NCBI GenBank assembly: GCA_963847625.1
Contig: CAWKAR010000013.1
Span: forward strand, 120,733 to 184,732
Length of the DNA: 64,000 bases
Origin: a candidate division FCPU426 bacterium
GTDB taxonomy: Bacteria; Oederibacteriota; Muellerivitia; Muellerivitales; Muellerivitaceae
Direction: 5' to 3'
Position 1 is the stretch's first letter, and each line of letters begins with the position of its first letter. This document shows, piece after piece, positions 1 through 7,384 of the stretch. The notes beneath the pieces were generated by a model. That model worked only from the letters and a program-made list of their open reading frames with translations, had not been told where the DNA came from and ran no database searches. The position numbers and the translations under genes are program-made.

Positions 1-67
1 GGATGGGAAATGGCTAAAATCTAAAGTGTTGTGTTTTCCCAGAGCCCAAAGATATCTTCGCTTAAAA

Positions 68-358
68 CTACCGGGTATAAGCGTCTTTTCGCGGATCGAA
101 CGCGATCATGGTAACTATCTTATCCGTCTCATCGATTTCATAAAAAAACCGCCAGGAGCCAATCCTATATCGCCAAGTTTCCGGTTTCCAATCGCGCAAT
201 TTTTTTATATTAGGGCCGAAATGCGGTTGGTTTTTAAGCCACGGATAAACATAAGTGCTTAGTTTTTCCCTGAATTTATGGCGGATGGATTCCGGGAGTT
301 TTTCCATGTCCTCGTAGAATATGGCGGTTTCAAATAGGCGGTAGTTCCCCGGATTCAA
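68..358 (-). CDS. RelE/ParE family type II toxin
   Basis: 96 aa with IKKLRDWKPETWRYRIGSWRFFYEID...RKDAY, a RelE-type signature. Overlaps the upstream antitoxin by 4 nt. Confidence 0.85.
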   Translation of the reverse strand: MNPGNYRLFETAIFYEDMEKLPESIRHKFREKLSTYVYPWLKNQPHFGPNIKKLRDWKPETWRYRIGSWRFFYEIDETDKIVTMIAFDPRKDAYTR

Positions 359-597
359 TCCACGAACCGCCCTTGTTTCTTGCGGGCAGCCTTGGAACCA
401 GCCTTCAGCCTGGATACTAAAGCCGGATTGTTCCTGATTTCAGCCATTTCAGCCTCAGACACCATGGCGCATTCCCGTAAATGCCGTTTGGCGGCAGTTT
501 CAATCAAATTCGCCAAGGGTCGATTGTCCGCCTCGGCGTAATTCCGAAAAAGCTCATAATCCAGGTCGGAAAGACGAAGAGTAATGGTTTTAGGCAT
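355..597 (-). CDS. Ribbon-helix-helix (CopG/DUF6290-like) antitoxin
   Basis: MPKTITLRLSDLDYELFRNYAEADNRPLANLIETAA is an RHH pattern. Coupled to the toxin. ATG at 597 has better AAGGA spacing than ATG at 603. Confidence 0.8.
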   Translation of the reverse strand: MPKTITLRLSDLDYELFRNYAEADNRPLANLIETAAKRHLRECAMVSEAEMAEIRNNPALVSRLKAGSKAARKKQGRFVD

Positions 598-888
598 AAT
601 CATTCCTTTTCTTTCTTATTTATTCATTATTATTCTATCGTACTGGCGGAAAAATTTAAAGGGATAAATCCAATGCGCCCCATGGGCGTGCCTGTGGGGC
701 TTCTTAGCCTGAAAACAGGATGGAAAAAGGGGCCTCAGCCGGGCTGGCTGGAAGAACTCAATTTAAAACATTGCGGTGAGTTCATCGAACCGTTCATCAT
801 TCAAAATTCATAATTCGGGCGCACCGGCAGTTGTCAAACAATTTAATGGTTCGAATGAGGCCACGAATGAAGAACTCACTTCAATTCA

Positions 889-983
889 TGCCAGCCTTCC
901 ATAAAGCTAATTGTGAGGCTGGTATAGTACAAATTTCACCCAATTAACCGGCCACAGGCCGGGAATAAAGATGTGAATTTGCA
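889..983 (-). mobile_element. Double-hairpin miniature element (TGC...GGCA), divergent copy
   Basis: Hairpin 888-925 is the reverse complement of the hairpin at 16390-16427. Flanked by CA/CA on the + strand; removing it restores an AATTCATAATT heptamer run. Confidence 0.55.
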
Positions 984-1007
984 CATAATTAAAAATTCAA
1001 AATTCAA

Positions 1008-1040
1008 AATTCGGGCGCGCTAGCGCCCGTCAGGGTTCGT
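1008..1040. repeat. REP-like GC hairpin, copy 1
   Basis: AATTCGGGCGCGCTAGCGCCCGTCAGGGTTCGT is 26/33 identical to 3376-3408, with a compensatory stem change. Confidence 0.6.
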
Positions 1041-2204
1041 TCACCCTAACCCCGCGCCCAAGTCCCGGCCCGGGTGAAGCTGGAGAAGAAACTCATCGCA
1101 GGGCAGGCAGAGGATTTTTCCTTTTTTAAGCCGGTCCTTGCCCCTGTACAGGAATAAACCCTTGGCCTCCGGGTAATCCTCCAGGAACGCCTTGAGGGGC
1201 CTCAATTCCTCATCCCTGATTTTCCCGGTGTTCTTCACCTCGATGCCCCAGAACCCCCCCGGGCCGTAAACCACGAAATCCACCTCGGTTCCGGAATGGG
1301 TCCTCCAGAAAGACAACGTGTGCTTGCCCCCGCCATAGGCGGCCCAGGCCCTGATATGCTGGGCCACGAGGCCCTCCAACGCCGGGCCTTCCGCCTCCGC
1401 GGCGCGGTCCAGGGGACCGGCCGGGCGCAAGGACCGGAAAACGCCGGCGTCGAAAAAATAGAACTTCGGGCGGGTGGAAAGGCCCCGCTTGGCCCGCTTG
1501 GAAAAGACCGGAATGGTGAAGGAAAGCAATAGGTCCCCGAGGATATCCAGGTAACCCTCGACGGTTTTACGCTCGACGCCGCAATCGCGGGCCACGTTGC
1601 TGAGGTTCAGCACCGTGGCGTGGGAGAACGATATGGATTCCAAAAACCTCGAAAAATTCCCGATGTTCCGGACCAGGCCCTCTTGTTGGACTTCCTCCCT
1701 CACGTACAAGGCGGCGTAGGCCCGCAAGGTCTCGTCCGGTTTGGCCGCGCCCATGACCAGCGGAATAAGCCCTTGCTGAAGGGCGGTCCCCAGGTCGAAA
1801 TTCCCGCCCAACTCGGCGGCCATGAATGGGTGCATGGTTTGAAGGGCCGCCCTCCCGGCCAGGAGATCCGACCCGGTGCGTTTAAGCTTCCGGGCGCTGG
1901 AACCGGTCAGGATAAAACGGTGCCCCCCTTTTTTTTCGATTAAGGAATGGACCATGGGAAGAAGCTCGGGGATTTTTTGGACCTCATCCACGATAAAGGT
2001 TGTTGGTTTGGCATGGGCCCCGACGAGTTCACCCAGCCGCTCAGGGTGGGTTTGGTGCAGGCGGAGGGTTTCGGGATCCAGGAGGTCCAGGTATACCGCG
2101 GCGGGGAACATTCTCCGGATCCAGGTGGATTTTCCCGTGCCCCGGGGGCCGAATAGGAAAAAGCTGGCGGCGGGAGGTTTTAAAAATCTGGGAATCGGTT
2201 CCAT
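1041..2204 (-). CDS. AAA+ superfamily ATPase (AAA_14 + DUF4143 type)
   Basis: Walker A GPRGTGKS, Walker B IVDEVQK, LTGSSAR, LAGRA, KFYFFDAG and a C-terminal EVDFV...IEVK nuclease-like motif. Likely start MEPIPR; the longer ORF runs into repeats. Confidence 0.9.
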   Translation of the reverse strand: MEPIPRFLKPPAASFFLFGPRGTGKSTWIRRMFPAAVYLDLLDPETLRLHQTHPERLGELVGAHAKPTTFIVDEVQKIPELLPMVHSLIEKKGGHRFILTGSSARKLKRTGSDLLAGRAALQTMHPFMAAELGGNFDLGTALQQGLIPLVMGAAKPDETLRAYAALYVREEVQQEGLVRNIGNFSRFLESISFSHATVLNLSNVARDCGVERKTVEGYLDILGDLLLSFTIPVFSKRAKRGLSTRPKFYFFDAGVFRSLRPAGPLDRAAEAEGPALEGLVAQHIRAWAAYGGGKHTLSFWRTHSGTEVDFVVYGPGGFWGIEVKNTGKIRDEELRPLKAFLEDYPEAKGLFLYRGKDRLKKGKILCLPCDEFLLQLHPGRDLGAGLG

Positions 2205-2275
2205 ATCTAGTCCAAATTTGGAATTAGTACTTCCATATTTTATCACCTTCCCGGGAAGAAACCATACTGAAATCC

Positions 2276-2354
2276 CTGAAAAACCAAAAAAGCGGCCAAC
2301 AGGAGTTCGACCCCATACCGATTTCTTCTTTAGAAGCCTAAAAGAGATCGGCAT
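2276..2354. repeat. GTTCGACCCCA element followed by a single TACC..GGCA hairpin
   Basis: 2276-2315 matches the reverse complement of 4724-4764. 2315-2354 (ATACCGATTTC...GAGATCGGCAT) matches the hairpin at 16351-16388 on the opposite strand. Confidence 0.55.
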
Positions 2355-2527
2355 AGTCCCCCGGGCTGCGCCGTAGGCGCTGCGGTAAGTCGGCCATGCC
2401 GACGGTACTTCCGCCCCATGCCGGTAGGCGGCATACCCCATGCCAGTAGGTGGTAAGCCAGTAAGCCCAGTCTTCCGACAGGGGTACCTTTCCGACAGGC
2501 AGGCCACCCCTTCCGACATGGCTACCT

Positions 2528-3285
2528 TGGAACTCTGGAACCGGCCTGGAACCACTGCAACTCGGGAATCCAGGAACCCTGGAACTCTGGAACCCGAGAA
2601 CTGCCCGAGAACCCGAGAACTGGCCACCCGAGGCCACAAGCCGAGGGTGATGCTTGCCAGTGCAGATTCAAATGAAATCTGTGCCCGAGAACTAGCCGAG
2701 AACCCGAGAACTACCCGAGAACCCGAGTACTGCCCGAGAACTGGCCACCCGAGGCCACAAGCCGAGGGTGATGCTTGCCAGTGCAGATTTAAATGAAATC
2801 TGTGCCCGAGAACTAGCCGAGAACCCGAGAACTACCCGAGAACCCAAGAATTGCCCGGGATCCCGAGAACTACCCGAGAACCCGAGAACTAGCCGAGAAC
2901 TGGCCACCCGAGGCCACAAGCCGAGGGTGATGCTTGCCAGTGCAGATTTAAATGAAATCTGTGCCCGAGTACTGCCCGGGATCCCGAGAACTACCCGAGA
3001 ACCCGAGAACTAGCCGAGAACTGGCCACCCGAGGCCACAAGCCGAGGGTGATGCTTGCCAGTGCAGATTTAAATGAAATCTGTGCCCGAGAACTACCCGA
3101 GAACCCGAGAACTGGCCGGGAACCCGGTGAAAGCCGGTAAAGTCGGTGAAGCCAGTGAAAGCCGGTGAAAGTCGGTGAACCCGATAAGGACGGTAAGCCG
3201 GTAAGCCGGGCGGTAAGCCCAACAATAAGCGGTAAGGGCGGTAAGCCAGAAAGCCGGTAAGCCAGGCGGTAAGCCGGGGCGGTAA
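2528..3285. repeat. Composite repeat tract: four 64-bp repeats in short-oligomer tandem repeats
   Basis: 64-bp unit at 2621, 2742, 2901 and 3022 (one substitution in copy 1), separated by CCCGAGAA(CTA/CTG) runs. Flanked by GGAAC.., CCGGTGAAAG and GGTAAGCC runs. Confidence 0.95.
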
Positions 3286-3375
3286 AACCTTCGTCCTGCT
3301 GGGCGCCGGAATCGCAATGGATTCATTAAGTATGACCCCCGCGCCCCCGGCGGAGGAACGGCCTGCATGTTATCT

Positions 3376-3408
3376 AATTCGGGCACGTCAGTGCCCGTTA
3401 CGGTGCGT
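3376..3408. repeat. REP-like GC hairpin, copy 2
   Basis: AATTCGGGCACGTCAGTGCCCGTTACGGTGCGT; see copy 1. Confidence 0.6.
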
Positions 3409-3467
3409 GTGATCTGACCCCTTGTTCATTTTGTTGGACATTGTTCTCTTTTTATTTTTACCTGTTT

Positions 3468-3734
3468 TTATTCGTAATGAGTCCACATTCGGATGATCTT
3501 GATGGTCCTGCTTTCTTTCAGGATCTGGTAAACCAGCCGATGGTGGATATTGATTCTGCGGGAATAAGCTCCGTCCAAGTCGCCGACCAACTTCTCAAAG
3601 GAGGGGGGCTGCCGGTAGGGGTCTTGCGCCAATAAATCCAAGAGATTTTCGACTTTGGACCTCAAGCCCGCCGCCGAGACTTTCTTGGCGTCTTTCAAAG
3701 CTTGTTTGGTATATCGAAGCTGCCAATTCACCAT
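3468..3734 (-). CDS. yoeB: Txe/YoeB family toxin
   Basis: FEKLVGDLDGAYSRRINIHHRLVY...MWTHYE is the classic Txe/YoeB signature. Confidence 0.92.
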   Translation of the reverse strand: MVNWQLRYTKQALKDAKKVSAAGLRSKVENLLDLLAQDPYRQPPSFEKLVGDLDGAYSRRINIHHRLVYQILKESRTIKIIRMWTHYE

Positions 3735-3970
3735 TGGATCTTTTGGGCTAGTTTTGACACGGGCGTCTTCAGCCCTTTGCGGATGGATTCACGCATCCCG
3801 GGGATGGACAAAAGAAAGAGGGTTTCCTGAATGGCCTTCCAGTCTTCCTCGGAAACGAGGATCCCATTGTTTCTTTTACCGGTGATTTGGACCGGCTCAT
3901 GGTTTTTCGCGGTCTGATCCAGCAACTTGTACAAATTGGCCCGTGCCAAGCTGGCAGTCAAAGTAGTCAT
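3728..3970 (-). CDS. yefM: Phd/YefM family antitoxin
   Basis: MTTLTASLARANLYKLLD...EPVQIT...LVSEEDWKAIQETLFLLSIPGM. GGAGG RBS before ATG 3970; overlaps the toxin. Confidence 0.92.
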   Translation of the reverse strand: MTTLTASLARANLYKLLDQTAKNHEPVQITGKRNNGILVSEEDWKAIQETLFLLSIPGMRESIRKGLKTPVSKLAQKIQW

Positions 3971-3986
3971 GTTGTCCTCCCTCCAT

Positions 3987-4008
3987 AACGTACCATATTG
4001 CGTACGTT
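3987..4008. promoter_or_regulatory. Putative YefM-YoeB operator palindrome
   Basis: AACGTAC-N8-GTACGTT immediately upstream of the antitoxin RBS. Confidence 0.5.
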
Positions 4009-4487
4009 TTGTCATTCCGAATAATACCAGGGGGTTTGAACCCCAGAAATTCGCGGGATTTGCCCATCCATCAATCACAAGTTGATGGATGAAGATTGGC
4101 AATGTCATTTGCATAAACAAATGATAAAAGCAGGTGGGTTCAACGGCCTAAAGTGTTGAATGGTGGCCTGACCCCCTTTTTTTGCGAACTGGACTAATCC
4201 CGAGTTGAACCCTGGTATCGGTCTGGGATTCAAATTGGCGGGGGGCTTGGATTTATTCGTACAAATGAAAATGGCGATGGATTTCGAGACGACGGCCCAA
4301 AGCAACGCGTCAAAAGGCGAGCTTTATTCCGACAACCCTATACTATTTTTCCCAATCCAAGCCGGCGCGAATTACCATTTCTAGGCGTGGGGCAGACCCT
4401 TATTTCCTGACCGCAAAATATTACGTATTCTATAATCAATAGGCCCCTTTTTTTCGATGACCTTTTTTTCATTTATATTCAGGGAAG

Positions 4488-4987
4488 TCATTTAGAATCC
4501 ACAGTTATTTTCATATTTGTCACTGTATTCAATAATTTTTTATTTAACTGTATAAGATTTTCATCAAAAATTTTTAAATGATTGGTAAAGTTCGACATTG
4601 ATTCCATATTAATCCGATAATTTTCTCTACTTTTAATAATTTGTAACCTCTGAAAAAGTCGGCTTATCGCCAACTTTTTCAGCAATCATTGAAGGTAACC
4701 CCACGATTTCCCGCGGAAATCTTTGGGGTCGAAACCTCTGTTGGTCGCTTTTTTTGTTTTTCAGAGGTTTCAATTTCATTTATATTTTCAATTTCCAATG
4801 ATGTATTTCTAAGATTAATAAACATTTCCGGTTTTTCCAAATAATAACTCGACAAATATATTTTCGCCAAATCAAAAAAACCCGTTTTAAGTAGTACAAG
4901 GGGAAATACAGATGCTTGGTTTTTTGATAAAAATCCTAATTCTTCTATCAACATAGTTTGATTTTTATTAATTATTTCAAAGTCACT
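4488..4987 (-). pseudogene. Low-GC gene remnant, cut by IS3 and interrupted by a short element
   Basis: Two AT-rich ORF pieces (4679-4954 and 4488-4685) joined by a GC-richer repeat at ~4700-4769. The 5' side abuts the IS end. Confidence 0.45.
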
Positions 4988-5020
4988 TGACCTTCCCCCA
5001 ATGTTTGATCCAAATTTAAG

Positions 5021-5851
5021 TTAGTTAAGGCCCAACTTTTCGGCCTTTGCTTCCATTGGGGTTTTTCCCCCCAAACTGCTGTGCGGTCTCTGCCAGTTAT
5101 ACACCTGCCTCCACCAATCCACGACTACCTGGGCCTCCGCTTTTGAAAGAAAAATTTCTTGGTTCAGGCACTCATCCCTAAACTTTCCGTTGAAACTTTC
5201 GATGAATCCATTCTGCCATGGACTCCCTGGTTCGATATATAGCACCTCTACGCCCTTCTCCTCAAGCCAGTTCCTCAGTTCTTTCGCCACGAACTCTGGC
5301 CCGTTGTCCACCCGCAGGCACTTTGGTGTCCCGTACTCCGTCATCAACTCGTCCAGCGTCTCCAGCACGTCCCGGCTTCTCATTCGCTTCTCCGCCCGGA
5401 TCTCCAAGCATTCCCTAAATCCTTCATCCAACACCGTCAAAAACTTCACCTTTCCCCCGAACCATGTCAGGTCATGCACGAAGTCCATCGTCCACACCTC
5501 GTTGGAACCCAAAGCCGGGTGGGGCCTTCTCCATTCCGTCGGAACCCTCTTCTTCCTGGGTCTCCTGCGCGGTAATTGAAGCCCTGCTACCTGGTAGAGC
5601 CTCTCCACCCGCTTGTGATTCACATCAAGGCCTCTGCGTTCCAACATCCACAACATCCGAGGGCTTCCGAAACGTCGGTTTCTTTGCGCTAACTTAACCA
5701 TTTCCTGCAGGATCACCTGGTTCAACGGATCTTCTGGCTGGGCCTCATATCGAAAACTCGATCGATTTACCCCAAGAACATCACAGGCTCGTCTTTCCGG
5801 TACTTCCTGAGCCTTCAGGGCTTCCACCATGCCTTTTTGCTCCTCGATCAA
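5021..5851 (-). CDS. IS3 transposase OrfB (DDE/rve)
   Basis: WTMDF...LTVLDE...RVDNGPEF...PGSPWQNGFIESFNGKFRDECLN...RPHSSLG. Confidence 0.95.
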   Translation of the reverse strand: MIEEQKGMVEALKAQEVPERRACDVLGVNRSSFRYEAQPEDPLNQVILQEMVKLAQRNRRFGSPRMLWMLERRGLDVNHKRVERLYQVAGLQLPRRRPRKKRVPTEWRRPHPALGSNEVWTMDFVHDLTWFGGKVKFLTVLDEGFRECLEIRAEKRMRSRDVLETLDELMTEYGTPKCLRVDNGPEFVAKELRNWLEEKGVEVLYIEPGSPWQNGFIESFNGKFRDECLNQEIFLSKAEAQVVVDWWRQVYNWQRPHSSLGGKTPMEAKAEKLGLN

Positions 5852-6117
5852 TACCCCTTTTTTTTTATGTGCTCTTGGAGAACCTGAATAGCCAGGGCCT
5901 GATCACCCGCTAACTGCTTGAGTTTCCGGTTTTCTTCTTCCAGCTGTTTGATGCGGTGGACTTCGGAAACTCCAAGGCTTCCGTACATGCGTTTCCAGCG
6001 GTAGTAAGTCTGCTCGGAAATGCCATGCTTTCGGAGAACTTCCTCAACGGCGGGAGCTTTCTCCGCCTCGCGGAGAATAGCCACTATCTGCTCAGATAAA
6101 AACCGTTTCTTTGCCAT
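5848..6117 (-). CDS. IS3 transposase OrfA (HTH); -1 frameshift into OrfB at A9G
   Basis: MAKKRFLSEQIVAILREAE...HGISEQTYYRWK. T9 run at 5858-5866 reads AAAAAAAAAG on the coding strand. Confidence 0.93.
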   Translation of the reverse strand: MAKKRFLSEQIVAILREAEKAPAVEEVLRKHGISEQTYYRWKRMYGSLGVSEVHRIKQLEEENRKLKQLAGDQALAIQVLQEHIKKKGY

Positions 6118-6183
6118 CTTTCCCCTCCCGATCTATAATCCAAAACTAACATATTTTTGGATCAGTTTTCGGGGGAAAGGTCA

Positions 6184-6773
6184 AGGTTACGGTCTTCCTT
6201 GACTGGTTTGGCGCGGCGAATGGCACGGACCCGGTGCTCAAGGCCGGTATTGCCCATTTCTGGTTCGTGACCATCCATCCGTTTGAGGATGGCAACGGCC
6301 GCATCAGCAGGGCGATAGCCGACATGGCGCTGGCACGGGCCGAGGATACGATTGAACGGTTTTACAGCATGTCCACGCAAATCGAAGCTGAAAAAAAACA
6401 GTATTACTCGAACTTGGAGCAAAGCCAGAAGGGCGGAATGGATATAACCCCGTGGCTGGAGTGGTTCTTGGGTTGCCTCGGACGCGCCATCGCGGGATCG
6501 GAAGATAGTCTCGCGGGCGTCCTACGTAAAGCGAAAGTTTGGGAACGCGTCAACCGCCAGTCACCGGTAAACGAGAGACAGCGCAAGGTGATCAATCGGC
6601 TGCTGGATGGTTTTGAGGGTAAACTCTCCACGTCAAAATACGCCAAGCTTGCCCAATGTTCTGGTGACACGGCATTGAGGGATATTAAATTTTTGCTTGA
6701 CCGGGGCATTCTCATCCAAGACGAGGGCGGAGGCCGGTCTACGAGTTACCGTTTGGCGGAGCCGGAAGAATAG
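6184..6773 (+). pseudogene. 5'-truncated Fic family protein with C-terminal HTH
   Basis: HPFEDGNGRISR Fic motif; the homologous region begins right at the IS end. Confidence 0.85.
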
Positions 6774-7062
6774 CCCATGCCATCCAACCACAATGCCACT
6801 TTTCCCGATTGTATCCATTAACTAAGGTGACTATACCTTCACGACACGTCAAGGGACGACCCTTCGGGTCGCCACTTGGGCGGAGCATGAACCCCGCCCA
6901 AGTACACGGCTAGGCCCCCAGGCAAACCCGGGGCCTTGGCGGCCGGTAAAGAAATTTTTTCCGCGGACAACGACCGACGTGCTCCGCACGCGCCGATAAC
7001 GGCTTAAAGTTTAGGGGCTTATATAGTTAACTTCCTCGACGAAAAGTAAAGATGTAGTTAGG

Positions 7063-7221
7063 TGTCATTGTGAGGAGCGTCTTTCATTGGTTTTAGCGAC
7101 AAAGCAACCTCAGTTAATGGGTATTAATACGCCGTCAAATTTGACTTGCCTGTTCCTTTAAGACGAAAACCACCCATGAACTTTGGTTGCTTCGTCACAA
7201 AGTTCGTTCCTCGCAATGACA
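7063..7221. repeat. Palindromic repeat of the TGTCATTGCGAG...CTCGCAATGACA type
   Basis: Outer arms TGTCATTGTGAGGA / TCCTCGCAATGACA; inner arms GCGACAAAGCAACC / GGTTGCTTCGTCAC. Confidence 0.75.
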
Positions 7222-7384
7222 AATAAACCCTCCAGCAAAAGGGAGTTAAGTAAGTAAATCCCATAGTTTAAGGCTCTCTCAAACTTATCGGCGTCCATCG
7301 GATTTGATCGGCGGTTACATGTCTTTTTGCTTTTATTTGTTGTAAAGGGATACTTTCTTGCTGAAACATGGAAAAATAGCCGGC

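Larger units (their letters stand above)
4988..6183 (-). mobile_element. IS3 family insertion sequence (IS407-like group)
   Basis: Terminal inverted repeats TGACCTTCCCCCAATGTTTGATCCAAA / TTTGGATCAGTTTTCGGGGGAAAGGTCA, TG..CA ends, 1196 bp, orfA + orfB. No target duplication visible. Confidence 0.93.

Noticed and set aside
2295..2320. tRNA fragment (GTTCGA T-loop-like)
   Set aside because: No cloverleaf; it is part of the repeat shared with 4724-4764.
2205..2639. 145-aa N-terminal extension of the AAA+ ATPase
   Set aside because: It is translated repeat DNA; family similarity starts at MEPIPR.
2621..3085. CRISPR array
   Set aside because: The repeat is 64 bp, the spacers are low-complexity and mutually similar with unequal lengths, and there are no cas genes.
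3971..4120. Longer start for the YefM antitoxin
   Set aside because: A strong RBS at 3970 and typical family length favour the shorter form.
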